From the NCBI GenBank assembly GCA_944324825.1, contig CALUXU010000005.1:66264-130263 (forward strand): a stretch of DNA of 64,000 nucleotides. Reading direction: 5' to 3'. The stretch comes from Candidatus Gastranaerophilales bacterium. Lineage in GTDB: Bacteria; Cyanobacteriota; Vampirovibrionia; Gastranaerophilales; Gastranaerophilaceae. Positions within the stretch are counted from its first letter, which is position 1; each line of letters opens with the position of its first letter. The position numbers and the translations under genes were made by a program. The notes under the pieces are model-generated. The model had not been told where the DNA came from and did no database searches. It was given only the letters and a program-made list of their open reading frames with translations. Positions 35,616-45,145 of this stretch are shown here, piece after piece.

Positions 35616-36086
35616 ATGTCTATTGAGAGAGTAAAAGAGTATTTGAGGCAGTATAATAAAGAAGATGCAGTTATGGAGTTTTCTACCTCTAGTGCAACGG
35701 TAGAGCTTGCTGCGGAAACGTTAGGGGTTATACCTGCAAGAATTGCAAAGAGTTTGGCGTTTAAGGCAGAAACGGCTTGTATTCTTATTATTACGGCAGG
35801 TGATACGAAGATTGATAACAAGAAATTTAAAGAGGAGTTTTTAATCAAGGCTAAAATGTTATCAGCAGATGAGGTAAAGGATATTACTGGGCATGAGGTT
35901 GGCGGAGTTTGTCCGTTCGGGTTGAAGAATCCTGATATAAGAGTGTATTGTGACGAATCAATGAAACGATTTAGTACGGTATTTCCTGCTTGCGGAAGCA
36001 GTAATTCGGCGATAGAATTAACATGCGATGAATTATTTAGTTTGTCTAAGAGTTTGAAATGGGTAGATGTTTGTAAAATAAAATAG
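35616..36086 (+). CDS. YbaK/EbsC-type aminoacyl-tRNA deacylase
   Basis: 156 aa. The patterns SSATVELAAETLGV...IAKSL and GHEVGGVCPFGL match YbaK/ProX editing domains. Confidence 0.8.
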   Translation: MSIERVKEYLRQYNKEDAVMEFSTSSATVELAAETLGVIPARIAKSLAFKAETACILIITAGDTKIDNKKFKEEFLIKAKMLSADEVKDITGHEVGGVCPFGLKNPDIRVYCDESMKRFSTVFPACGSSNSAIELTCDELFSLSKSLKWVDVCKIK

Positions 36087-36088
36087 AT

Positions 36089-36175
36089 GGAGAAGTGTCC
36101 GAGTGGTTTAAGGTGCAAATCTCGAAAATTTGTGAGGGAGAAATTCCTCCGCGGGTTCGAATCCCGCCTTCTCCG
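36089..36175 (+). tRNA. tRNA-Ser (anticodon CGA)
   Basis: Acceptor GGAGAAG/CTTCTCC, anticodon loop CTCGAAA, long variable arm GAGGGAGAAATTCCTCCGC, T arm GCGGG-TTCGAAT-CCCGC. It starts 2 nt after the ybaK-like stop. Confidence 0.92.
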
Positions 36176-36336
36176 TTTTTTAACAAAGTTAAAATAATAT
36201 GATGATAGGGATGAGAACCACCAAGCGGAGCTTGGTCAGGTTCGAGCGGGAGCGAGCAGAGAGCGGAGGGCAAAGCGTGAGCCTTTGCCCGCAGACTCGT
36301 TTAATGCGAGCGACCAAGACAATCCCGCCTTCTCCG
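36176..36336 (+). mobile_element. 161-bp miniature element ending in a copy of the tRNA-Ser(CGA) tail
   Basis: Segment X (36176-36249) plus segment Y (36250-36320, hairpin GGGCAAAG-CGTGAGC-CTTTGCCC) plus AATCCCGCCTTCTCCG (36321-36336), which is identical to the tRNA tail at 36160-36175. Confidence 0.5.
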
Positions 36337-36637
36337 TTTTTTAACAAAGTTAAAATAATATGATGATAGGGATGAGAACCACCAAGCGGAGCTTGGTCAG
36401 GTTCGAGCGGATTTACGTACGGGGGGTAAATAAGGAATATTAATTTTACCGTTTTTATTTACCCCTCCGGATAGCGAGGAAATTGAGCGAAGTTGAACCG
36501 CAGGTTCAAAAGCGAAACTTTTCTCGCGTGGAGTAAATCCAAGACAGCGGGAGCGAGCAGAGAGCGGAGGGCAAAGCGTGAGCCTTTGCCCGCAGACTCG
36601 TTTAATGCGAGCGACCAAGACAATCCCGCCTTCTTCG
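36337..36637 (+). mobile_element. Second tandem miniature element (X + 140-bp insert Z + Y'), ending in a degenerate tRNA tail
   Basis: 36321-36410 repeats 36160-36249 exactly (90 bp). 36551-36621 repeats Y exactly (71 bp). The tail copy AATCCCGCCTTCTTCG at 36622-36637 has 1 mismatch. Confidence 0.5.
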
Positions 36638-36723
36638 TTTTGAACGACGACAATTCCTTGCAAAATTTGTTTTGAGATATCTCTTTACATTCAATATGAT
36701 TTGCTGTTAATATATAATTACTC

Positions 36724-36795
36724 AGCGGTATCGTCTAGAGGTTAGGATAGCAGATTCTCATTCTGTTGACACGGGTTCAATTCCCGTTGCCGCCG
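36724..36795 (+). tRNA. tRNA-Glu (anticodon CTC)
   Basis: TC-GTCT-AGAGG D region as in tRNA-Glu, anticodon loop TTCTCAT, 4-nt variable loop, T arm ACGGG-TTCAATT-CCCGT. Pair 1-72 would be an A-C mismatch, so the ends are uncertain by about 1 nt. Confidence 0.8.
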
Positions 36796-36897
36796 ATTCT
36801 TAAAAAGTTTAATTTTAATTTGTGTTCAATTTTTAGTAATTGTTAAATATTTGTAGTTTCTCAAAATTTGTGATTAAATAAAGTAAATGAGGGGCTT

Positions 36898-38106
36898 ATG
36901 AAAGAATTTACTTTAAACAACAAAATTGAATCTGTTTATAAACAAAATAAAAATACACCAAGAATGGCATTTACTTTAAATATTGCTATTAATAATCCTG
37001 AAAAGTATGCAGGGACTTATTCTTTAATGAACAGGCTTCTTTTACAGGGAACTAAGAAGTACAGCAATACAGAGCTTGCCAAGGTTTTGGATGAAAATGC
37101 TATTGAACTCTGTACCGATATGAAGCAGGATTATTTAAGGTTTCGTTTTGTTTGTTTAAACGAAGATTTTAAGCTTGCAATGGAAATCTTAGACGAAATC
37201 ATTAACAACTCGACATTTGAAGAATTTGATAAAGAAAAAGAAAAAATGCGCGGAGAAATTATTGCGGATTTAGATTCCGCAAGAACCAAGGTTTCTGATG
37301 CTTTTATAAAAACGATTTATGAAAACCATTATTACGGTAATACTTATACCTCTATGCTGGATTCTTTGGATAAAATAACAAAAGAAGACGTTATTGATTC
37401 CTATAACAAAATTTTAAAGGAAGGGAAAAAGGTTGCAGCGGTTGTTGGAAGTCTTGAATTTCCTGAGATAGAGTCGTTGTTGGAATCTACAATCGGGAAA
37501 TTGGAAAACAATTATTCAACAGAAAAATCAGTTACTAAACCTGAATTGATGTCTGCAAAACGTACTGATGTTATCAAAGAAGATGCTAAGCAAGCACAAA
37601 TCTTCCAAGGGTGGCTTGTTCCAAATTTTCGTGATAAGGATTATCCGGTGCTTGCGGTTATTAATACGATTCTCGGGGCAAGCGGACTCAGCTCTCGTTT
37701 GTTCCTGGAGCTTAGAGACAAAAAGGGGTTGGCTTATACTGTCAGAACCTCTTGTGAAGCAAAAGATTTATCGGCAGTATTTTCTATTTATATAGCGACC
37801 GAACCTTCTAATATAGATGTTTCTTTGGCAGGATTTAAAGAAGAGGTTGATAAAATAAAAACAATTCCTGTCGGTGCAGAAGAGTTAGAAAATGCCAAAA
37901 ATAATATTATCGGTAAACAGCAATTTATCTCCGAAACCAATCTTCAACAGGCAACGGCCCTTGCATATTACGGGATTATGGGTTTAGGCTTTGATTTTAG
38001 AGAAAAAATTATAGAAAAAGTTAAAGCTGTTACTTCTGAGCAAATTTTGGAATGTGCAAACAAATATTTTACCGATAAATCAGTAGTAGCGGTTTTACAT
38101 CCGTAG
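36898..38106 (+). CDS. M16-family (pitrilysin-like) peptidase, apparently non-catalytic (no HxxEH)
   Basis: 402 aa with the two-lobe M16 layout (LLLQGTKKYS...; GLSSRLFLELRDKKGLAYTV). I saw no HxxEH zinc motif. Confidence 0.7.
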   Translation: MKEFTLNNKIESVYKQNKNTPRMAFTLNIAINNPEKYAGTYSLMNRLLLQGTKKYSNTELAKVLDENAIELCTDMKQDYLRFRFVCLNEDFKLAMEILDEIINNSTFEEFDKEKEKMRGEIIADLDSARTKVSDAFIKTIYENHYYGNTYTSMLDSLDKITKEDVIDSYNKILKEGKKVAAVVGSLEFPEIESLLESTIGKLENNYSTEKSVTKPELMSAKRTDVIKEDAKQAQIFQGWLVPNFRDKDYPVLAVINTILGASGLSSRLFLELRDKKGLAYTVRTSCEAKDLSAVFSIYIATEPSNIDVSLAGFKEEVDKIKTIPVGAEELENAKNNIIGKQQFISETNLQQATALAYYGIMGLGFDFREKIIEKVKAVTSEQILECANKYFTDKSVVAVLHP

Positions 38107-38109
38107 ATT

Positions 38110-38700
38110 ATGACAAAACAAACACAACTGGAAGAATTAAAGAAAACTTGTTTAGATTGTAAGAATTGCGAGCTGGGTCTTACTCGCAATAACGTAGTTT
38201 TTTCTGACGGCAATCCTGAAACGGCAAAGGCAATACTTATCGGTGAGGCGCCGGGGGAAAATGAAGATTTGACGGGTACTCCTTTTGTCGGAAGAGCCGG
38301 TAAACTCTTGAATGAGTTTTTGGAAAAAGCTGGTATTAATAGAGAAAAAGATTTATACATAATAAATACAGTAAAATGCAGGCCTCCGAAGAATCGAGTT
38401 CCGACAGATGAGGAAAAAAATAAGTGTGCAAATTATTTGTACAAACAGATTAAAATAGTTAATCCTAAGATTTTAATTTTTTGCGGAGCAACGGCACTTC
38501 AATCTTTTTATAAAGATAAAATCCAAATCTCAAAGATTCGCGGCAGGTGGCTTGAGGTTGATGTCGATGGGGATAAATACAAATCTATTGCAATATTTCA
38601 TCCGTCATATCTTTTGAGAAACCACTCGCTGGAAAAGGGTAAACCGAGAACTTTGATGCTTGAGGATTTGGAATTAATTTCTAAAGAAATTAATTCCTGA
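38110..38700 (+). CDS. Uracil-DNA glycosylase, family 4
   Basis: CLDCKNCEL (Fe-S Cys), GEAPGENEDLTGTPFVGRAGKLLNE, and HPSYLLRN. Confidence 0.88.
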   Translation: MTKQTQLEELKKTCLDCKNCELGLTRNNVVFSDGNPETAKAILIGEAPGENEDLTGTPFVGRAGKLLNEFLEKAGINREKDLYIINTVKCRPPKNRVPTDEEKNKCANYLYKQIKIVNPKILIFCGATALQSFYKDKIQISKIRGRWLEVDVDGDKYKSIAIFHPSYLLRNHSLEKGKPRTLMLEDLELISKEINS

Positions 38701-40252
38701 TTAGACTCATAGCTTTATCAAGGCTTGGAACTATCTGCCACTCTGCCATCAGTTTATTTAATCCGGTATCAAATAATCTTTCTTTGAGTTTTTTATTTGA
38801 TATCACAAGAACAATTTCGACTCCCTGTTCCTTCAGCTGCGCAACCATTTCTTCTAATGCAAAAATTGCGGATATATCCATACTCTTTATTGATTCACAA
38901 TTGATAATGAGATTTTTATGGTGTAACAAACTCTCCATTTTAGATAATAACAGAGATGCCGTTCCAAAGAACAAAACCCCTTTTATATGCGCGATTATCA
39001 AATCTTTATTATTATCTTCTTCAATAAAATCTTCGTCAGGTTTTGAGATTTCCATTTCCATTTGCTGCGAGAGTTTGTAGGCAAGAAGCAGCGCAGATAA
39101 AACAACTCCGACACCAACCGCAAAGATTAAATCATCAAGAACGGTTATTAAAAAGACGGTCAGCATAACCAGAATATCACGTCTTGGTGCAACTTTTATG
39201 ATATTTAAGAACTTGTAATCTATAATATCAATCCCGACTTTAACAAGTATTCCGGCAAGCACTGCAAGCGGAATTTTAGATGCAAAAGGTGCAAAGAACA
39301 GTATCACACAGATTAAGAAAATTGCTTGAACGATTCCTGACAATCTTGAAGAACCACCGGCTTTTATATTTACAACAGTTCGCATTGTTGCGCCTGCACC
39401 GGCAATACCTCCGAAGATAGATGCTGCAATATTCCCGATACCCTGTCCGATTAATTCTTGGTTTGAATTATGCTTCGTTTTGGTTAAAGAATCCGCAACA
39501 AGTGAGGTTAACAGAGAATCAATAGAGCCGAGAATTCCGAGAGTCAGCGCCAGAGGAAGGATTATTTGTATATCTGATAATGATATCATTCCAAGCTGTA
39601 CTGTCGGCAGTCCTCTCGGGATATTTCCGATTGTTGTCACGTTAAAATTATTTATTACGCTGAAAAGTGTTACCAATATTAATGCAATCAATGATGAAGG
39701 TATAATTTTTGAGATTTTTTTAGGGGTAAGAAATATTATACATAACGTTAATAACCCAAGACACAGGCTACTGTGATTCATCATTGAGATGTGTTTCACA
39801 AAATAAATTAACGATTCGGCAGGTGTTCCGTTAAAATCAAGTCCGAAAATCGGATTCAGTTGCAGAAGTATAATGATTGCGCCTATACCACTCATAAATC
39901 CAGATATAACAGGGTATGGAACGTACTTAATAATTCCGCCTAATTTTGTCAGACCAAATATTATTTGGAATACCCCTGCAAGGAATATTGTTGCAAAAAT
40001 AAGTTTGAAATCTCCCGGATATTGAACCAGCATAGATGCAATTACAACGGTCATAGGTCCTGTAGGCCCTGATATTTGTGTCGGTGTCCCGCCGAATATT
40101 GATGCAAACAAGCTTAAGAATATTGCACCATATAACCCGGCCATTGCACCCAGTCCGCTTGAAACCCCAAATGCCAGTGATAGCGGCAGTGCGATGACTC
40201 CTGCCGTTATTCCGCCGAAGATATTCCCTCTTAGTTTTGAAAAATCAATCAT
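38690..40252 (-). CDS. SulP-family anion transporter with a C-terminal STAS domain
   Basis: Multiple TM segments (GGITAGVIALPLSLAFGVSSG...) and a C-terminal STAS-like region (IIAHIKGVLFFGTAS...MDISAIFALEEM). Confidence 0.88.
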   Translation of the reverse strand: MIDFSKLRGNIFGGITAGVIALPLSLAFGVSSGLGAMAGLYGAIFLSLFASIFGGTPTQISGPTGPMTVVIASMLVQYPGDFKLIFATIFLAGVFQIIFGLTKLGGIIKYVPYPVISGFMSGIGAIIILLQLNPIFGLDFNGTPAESLIYFVKHISMMNHSSLCLGLLTLCIIFLTPKKISKIIPSSLIALILVTLFSVINNFNVTTIGNIPRGLPTVQLGMISLSDIQIILPLALTLGILGSIDSLLTSLVADSLTKTKHNSNQELIGQGIGNIAASIFGGIAGAGATMRTVVNIKAGGSSRLSGIVQAIFLICVILFFAPFASKIPLAVLAGILVKVGIDIIDYKFLNIIKVAPRRDILVMLTVFLITVLDDLIFAVGVGVVLSALLLAYKLSQQMEMEISKPDEDFIEEDNNKDLIIAHIKGVLFFGTASLLLSKMESLLHHKNLIINCESIKSMDISAIFALEEMVAQLKEQGVEIVLVISNKKLKERLFDTGLNKLMAEWQIVPSLDKAMSLIRN

Positions 40253-40387
40253 AAAGAATATTTTACCATATTTTAAATCGACAATTTTTATTCCGTAATA
40301 AAAATTTACTTTTGTACACTTAACAAACTATTGAACACATGTTATAATAAGTATATAGGAAATACATTACCTCAGGATATTAATAAT

Positions 40388-40570
40388 ATGGATATTTCAA
40401 GCGTATTATCGGCTGAAGCATCAAGCAAAATTCAACTAATGCAAATGGAAGTTTTATCATCCGTAATGGATGAGGTGGAAGAAGCTGCTGTAAAAGTTGC
40501 AGAGACAGGAGATCCTGCATATATTTTAGAGCTTAGTCCGATGGCTTTGGCTATGTTTAATCAATCATAA
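40388..40570 (+). CDS. YjfB-like putative motility protein (60 aa)
   Basis: MDISSVLSAEASSKIQLMQMEVLSSVMDEV resembles the YjfB family N-terminus (MDI..... followed by a Q-rich segment). Start moved from 40331 to the internal ATG. Confidence 0.5.
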   Translation: MDISSVLSAEASSKIQLMQMEVLSSVMDEVEEAAVKVAETGDPAYILELSPMALAMFNQS

Positions 40571-40649
40571 ATAAATCCCTCTATTGGAGAATTGTACATT
40601 TTATTAAAATTTTAATAGAATGTATATGAACAATAGAAAGGAGAGCTCT

Positions 40650-41174
40650 ATGATTGAAGAACACGAAAAAAAACACTGTTTTTTCAAATTCTTTGGGCTA
40701 TTTATTGCGACATTAATAGGCGCATTTTTAGCTGTTTATTTTGTCACTGATATGGCAATAAACAGGATGATGAATCCTATGGTTGCGATGCATAGAATGG
40801 ATAGAGAATTTGAAAAAATGGACAAAGACTTGATGTTTGTCAGAGAAATTCCGCCTCGTCCTATGGGGAAACATTTTGGGCGCAAAATGATGAAACATCA
40901 TAATACCGTTGACTTTTTCCGTACACCAGATGAATACAAATTCATTATTGATTTAAAACCTTTCGGCGGAAATCCTGATAACATAAAAGTTACAACAGGA
41001 GATTCCTCTATTACTCTCTCAGGTGAAGCAACCGTAGATAAAAAGCATTCGGAAACTTTTACAAGTTTTTCCCAGACGTATTCGCTTGATAAGGATGCTA
41101 ATTTAGAAAAAATGACAAAACGAAAAGTTCACGACAGATACGTTATAACGGTTCCGTTAGAGGATGAAGACTAA
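40650..41174 (+). CDS. Membrane-anchored Hsp20/alpha-crystallin domain protein
   Basis: Start at the ATG preceded by AAAGGAGAG. TM helix FFGLFIATLIGAFLAVYFV, then an ACD-like region YKFIIDLKPFGG..IKVTTGDSSITLSGE...RYVITVPL. Confidence 0.7.
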   Translation: MIEEHEKKHCFFKFFGLFIATLIGAFLAVYFVTDMAINRMMNPMVAMHRMDREFEKMDKDLMFVREIPPRPMGKHFGRKMMKHHNTVDFFRTPDEYKFIIDLKPFGGNPDNIKVTTGDSSITLSGEATVDKKHSETFTSFSQTYSLDKDANLEKMTKRKVHDRYVITVPLEDED

Positions 41175-41190
41175 TTCAATCAAAAACATC

Positions 41191-41221
41191 GCAGAGCAGG
41201 TTTTGATACCTGCTCTGTTTG
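41191..41221 (+). terminator. Rho-independent terminator
   Basis: GCAGAGCAGG-TTTTGATA-CCTGCTCTG followed by TTTG. Confidence 0.7.
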
Positions 41222-41237
41222 TAATATTATAACTTGT

Positions 41238-41753
41238 ATGAATATATCAGGCGGACAATTTAAAGGCAGAAAAATTCTAACACCTGACGAAAGGATAACA
41301 AGGCCGACGTTATCAAAAGTCCGGATGAGTATTTTTAATTGTTTATTTTCGATATTAGGTGACTTTGAGTCAATGAGTTTTTTAGACGTATTTGGCGGTT
41401 CCGGAATTATGGGACTTGAGGCATTATCAAGAGGGTTTTCTAAAGTTACCGTTATTGAACAAAATAAAAAAGCGTTTCAGGTAATAAAGAAGAATTATGA
41501 AGCTCTTAATCTTAAACCTGATTTAATTTTGGGGAACGCTTTAGGTGTTATTCCAAAATTAAGTTTAAAATATAATGTTGCATATGTTGATCCGCCTTAT
41601 GCAACAGGTATTTATGAAGAAACATTAGAGCTTTTGAAAAACAAAGCGGAAATAATAATTCTTGAACATCCTTCAACTTTGAAATTTGAAATTGAAGGGA
41701 TTATAAAAGAAAAAGAATACGGCGATAAAACTATTACTTACATTAGAGCTTGA
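41238..41753 (+). CDS. rsmD: 16S rRNA (guanine966-N2)-methyltransferase RsmD
   Basis: RPTLSKVRMSIFN, FLDVFGGSGIMGLEALSRG and YVDPPY. Confidence 0.85.
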   Translation: MNISGGQFKGRKILTPDERITRPTLSKVRMSIFNCLFSILGDFESMSFLDVFGGSGIMGLEALSRGFSKVTVIEQNKKAFQVIKKNYEALNLKPDLILGNALGVIPKLSLKYNVAYVDPPYATGIYEETLELLKNKAEIIILEHPSTLKFEIEGIIKEKEYGDKTITYIRA

Positions 41754-42973
41754 ATATAAGTATCAATTTCTTCTTCTGTATTCATTTCTGTTACGGAAAT
41801 CAGGACTTTGTTGTTATCAATTTTTAATCCGCCGATTATATTTTTATTTTTCAGCTTTGTTAAAAATTCATCGCTATCAGGTGTTTCTACCGTAAATTCG
41901 CTGAAGAATTCTTTGTTCAGAGTTTTTATCCCGATATTGCTTAGTTTTTGTGATAACTTATGTGCAAGATTGCAGGATATAACACCTGTTTGTCTGAAAC
42001 CTTTTTCTCCGAGCAATGATAAGTATAAAGTTGAGCATAGAGCGATAAGTGCCTGATTAGAGCAAATATTACTTGTTGCTTTTTCCCGTCTTATATGCTG
42101 CTCTCTGGTTTGAAGAGTCAGTGTAAACGCCTGGTTCCCGTCAGCATCAACAGTTCTTCCTGCAATTCTTCCAGGAAGCTGTCTTACATACTTTTCTTTA
42201 CAAGCAAGGAAGCCGGCATGAGGTCCGCCGCAATTCATCGGTATACCAAGCTCTTGAATATCTCCGACTACAATATCCGCTTCAGACGGCGGTTTAATTA
42301 CTGATAGTGCCGAAAGTCTTGTACAAACGATTAACAAGGCATCAACAGCCGGTAGCTTTGTTATCTCTCCGTAAAAATCAGGATTTTGAATAAGTACGGC
42401 CGAATATTCCTCCGTACTTTCAGGCAGATTATCAAACCATTCAAGTTCAATATTTGCAGCCCACATATATGTTTTGATAACTTCTTTGTATTCAGGATTC
42501 AATTTTGAAGATACTAAAACTTTATGTTTTTTCTTTAATCTTACTGCCATAGAAAGAGCTTCCGCACAGGCTGTTGCTCCGTCATAAACAGACGCATTTG
42601 ATACGTCCATTCCTGTTAATCTGCATATCATCGATTGGAATTCATACATTATTTGTAACGTACCTTGTGATATTTCCGGCTGATACGGTGTATATGCAGT
42701 TAAGAATTCAAATCTTTGTGCCACTTGAGAAATTGCGGCAGGGATAAACTTGTTGTATACGCCTGCGCCCAAAAAGGTCATATAATCAACGTTATTCTTT
42801 TTAGCCAGAGATTTAATTTTTTTTGTTGTTTCCATCTCTGAAAGCGGGTTATCCATTTTGAATTCTTCCAGCATAACCGGAATATGTTTAAATAGGTCAT
42901 CAACAGATGTGCAGGAAATGTCCTTTAACATTTCCTGTCTTTCTTCTTCACTATGTGCAATAAAATTATTCAT
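41738..42973 (-). CDS. gcvPA: Glycine dehydrogenase (decarboxylating) subunit 1
   Basis: It follows gcvH on the same strand. The N-terminus FIAHSEEERQEMLKDI and the LTAYTPYQPEISQGTLQ motif are typical of GcvPA. Confidence 0.88.
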   Translation of the reverse strand: MNNFIAHSEEERQEMLKDISCTSVDDLFKHIPVMLEEFKMDNPLSEMETTKKIKSLAKKNNVDYMTFLGAGVYNKFIPAAISQVAQRFEFLTAYTPYQPEISQGTLQIMYEFQSMICRLTGMDVSNASVYDGATACAEALSMAVRLKKKHKVLVSSKLNPEYKEVIKTYMWAANIELEWFDNLPESTEEYSAVLIQNPDFYGEITKLPAVDALLIVCTRLSALSVIKPPSEADIVVGDIQELGIPMNCGGPHAGFLACKEKYVRQLPGRIAGRTVDADGNQAFTLTLQTREQHIRREKATSNICSNQALIALCSTLYLSLLGEKGFRQTGVISCNLAHKLSQKLSNIGIKTLNKEFFSEFTVETPDSDEFLTKLKNKNIIGGLKIDNNKVLISVTEMNTEEEIDTYIQALM

Positions 42974-43347
42974 TATACCAATTCTTCTTTATAATCTGAG
43001 TAATCTAACAAGTCTGCAAATTCTGTATCATCGGCTGATGATTCGATTTTTATTAACCAGCCTTTGCCGTGCGGATCTTCGTTTAAAATTTCAGGAGTAG
43101 TTACGATATCTTCGTTTACTGCCGTTACAACACCGGATATCGGCATATAAATTTCAGATGCGGCTTTTACGGATTCTACGGTTGCGAATACTTCATTCTT
43201 CTTAAATTCTGCACCGGCTTCCGGAAGCTCAACAAAAACAACATCTCCGAGTTGTTCTACTGCGTAATCGGTTAATCCGACAGTATACTTTCCGTCATCT
43301 CCTAAAAGATATTCGTGAGTTTTACTACATAACATACTTTCGCTCAT
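42973..43347 (-). CDS. gcvH: Glycine cleavage system H protein
   Basis: 124 aa. The lipoyl-lysine motif is VESVKAASEIY. Confidence 0.92.
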   Translation of the reverse strand: MSESMLCSKTHEYLLGDDGKYTVGLTDYAVEQLGDVVFVELPEAGAEFKKNEVFATVESVKAASEIYMPISGVVTAVNEDIVTTPEILNEDPHGKGWLIKIESSADDTEFADLLDYSDYKEELV

Positions 43348-43372
43348 TCATATTCTCCTTTATGTATAAATA

Positions 43373-44470
43373 TTATCCTTTGTTATTCTTTTTTACAAAT
43401 GGTCGTTTAACCACTTTGGCATTGTATAATTTCCCTCTTATATCAACCTGAATGATTGTATCAACGGTGATATCAGGATTTGATTTAACATAGGCGAGTG
43501 CAATATTTTCGTTTCTGACAGGTGAAATTCCGCCGCTTGTTATTACACCAACCTTTTCATTATTATAATACACATCATATCCGTGGCGTGCAATACCTCT
43601 GTCAATCATGACAAGTCCGATTAGTTTTTTAGCTGTTCCTTTTTGTAACTGGTCTTCTATTACTGCTTTTCCGTTGTAATCATCAAGTTTATTTTTCGGA
43701 ATAGACCAGGAGAGTCCCGCTTCAACCGGAGTTGTATTTTCATCCAAATCGTTGCCGTACAAGTGAAGAGCAGCTTCCAATCTTAGTGTATCTCTTGCAC
43801 CTAATCCGATAGGTTTGATATCAAATTCTTTCCCGTATTCAAGGATTTTGTCCCACAGGAGTTCGGAAAATTCGTTTTTAACAAGGATTTCGACCCCGTC
43901 TTCTCCTGTGTATCCGGTGCGCGAAATCCATAGGTTTACGTTGCATAACTCCGCGCGTTTAATTGTAAAGAACGGAGGCAGGTTATCAACTCCCATTTTT
44001 GCCATTAAATCTTTTGCTTTCGGTCCTTGTACCGCAAGCAAAGAGTAGTTGTGCGATTCGTTTATAATATTTACGTTGAATCCTCTTTGATTGCGTACCA
44101 TCCAGTTTAAGTCTTCATCAATGCGTGCGGCATTTACAATTACGAGGTATCTTTTATCCTCCAGTTTATAGATAATCAGGTCATCAATTATACCGCCTTG
44201 TTTATTTGTCAGTTGGCAGTAAACAGCTTTTCTGTCAACTAATTTTGTTATATCCTGCGGTACCAATTTATTAAGATACGGGCAGGCATCGTCGCCATAG
44301 ACAATTAATTCGCCCATATGGGAGACATCAAATAATCCGACATTCTCTCTTACCGTTTTGTGTTCTTCAATTATGGAAGAATACTGTACCGGCATCTCCC
44401 AGCCTGCGAAATCAACCATTTTGGCATTCAATTCAATATGTTTATCGTGTAAGAAAGTTTGTTTAGTCAT
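43373..44470 (-). CDS. gcvT: Glycine cleavage system aminomethyltransferase T
   Basis: FAGWEMPVQY, FDVSHMG, and a 365-aa size. Confidence 0.92.
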   Translation of the reverse strand: MTKQTFLHDKHIELNAKMVDFAGWEMPVQYSSIIEEHKTVRENVGLFDVSHMGELIVYGDDACPYLNKLVPQDITKLVDRKAVYCQLTNKQGGIIDDLIIYKLEDKRYLVIVNAARIDEDLNWMVRNQRGFNVNIINESHNYSLLAVQGPKAKDLMAKMGVDNLPPFFTIKRAELCNVNLWISRTGYTGEDGVEILVKNEFSELLWDKILEYGKEFDIKPIGLGARDTLRLEAALHLYGNDLDENTTPVEAGLSWSIPKNKLDDYNGKAVIEDQLQKGTAKKLIGLVMIDRGIARHGYDVYYNNEKVGVITSGGISPVRNENIALAYVKSNPDITVDTIIQVDIRGKLYNAKVVKRPFVKKNNKG

Positions 44471-44684
44471 AATTGCTCCCTCTAGTCTATTATAATTGTC
44501 TATGTAATGCTCTTATATGTCAAGTGTCGGGTGAAATGTATATATTTCTAAATATATTGCTGTTGTTTTATTTTTACAGGGTTATGGTATAGTTGCTTTT
44601 ATTATATATTACAAATCTATCGTTCCCTCTTTACTTTTATTTTTTTTTTAGTTAGAATAAATTCTGTTACAATTCAATTTGTCT

Positions 44685-44774
44685 GGAGGAGTGCCAGAGC
44701 GGTTGATTGGAGCAGTCTTGAAAACTGTCGTACGTTCACGCGTACCGTGGGTTCGAATCCCACCTCCTCCTCCA
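44685..44774 (+). tRNA. tRNA-Ser (anticodon TGA), with CCA apparently encoded
   Basis: Acceptor GGAGGAG/CTCCTCC, anticodon loop CTTGAAA, long variable arm CGTACGTTCACGCGTACCG, T arm GTGGG-TTCGAAT-CCCAC, then T-CCA. Confidence 0.9.
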
Positions 44775-44812
44775 TTTAAAACGGGTCTGATATTTTCAGA
44801 TCCGTTTTTATT
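44756..44812 (+). repeat. 57-bp direct repeat, copy 1 (tRNA-Ser(TGA) tail plus terminator)
   Basis: AATCCCACCTCCTCCTCCATTTAAAACGGGTCTGATATTTTCAGATCCGTTTTTATT is identical to 51267-51323. It contains the terminator hairpin 44777-44808. Confidence 0.92.
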
Positions 44813-44865
44813 TTGCGTGGTGAGGATGAGAACCCTTTTCAAGACGTAGTCTTGATGTATTAAAC

Positions 44866-45100
44866 CAGACATTTCAATCGTGTACGGTTAAAATGATTAT
44901 TGGCTGAAAAGTGGCTTTGTGTTTAGGTTTCAACCTGCCGGAAGTGTCCGAAAATAATCAAACCAAATTACTTGAAAAGTCCACGAAGTGTCCGTTGAAG
45001 TCTACCCCTTCGACTTTTGGTTGTACCCCTTATGTGGCGGAAGTTTAGGACATATTTGAATTTGTACGAATGGTTTGATTATTTTCGGCAAGGACATTTG
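44866..45100 (+). repeat. 235-bp repeat, copy A
   Basis: About 95% identical to 47101-47334. It contains an 18-bp internal inverted repeat, CCGAAAATAATCAAACCA ... TGGTTTGATTATTTTCGG. Confidence 0.88.
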
Positions 45101-45145
45101 GATTTTTAGTCGGAAAATTTTTCCTAAGGTCGGAAGAATTTTCAT

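Noticed and set aside
35573-36675. ORFs 35573..36118 (-), 36046..36273 (-), 36397..36663 (-), 36459..36653 (-) and 36493..36675 (+)
   Set aside because: They are antisense to the YbaK-like gene, or are translations of tRNA-Ser and the tandem mini-elements.
44471-44684. Glycine riboswitch upstream of gcvT
   Set aside because: I scanned the minus strand by eye and did not find the conserved GGAGAG / CACCG / CTCTGG blocks.
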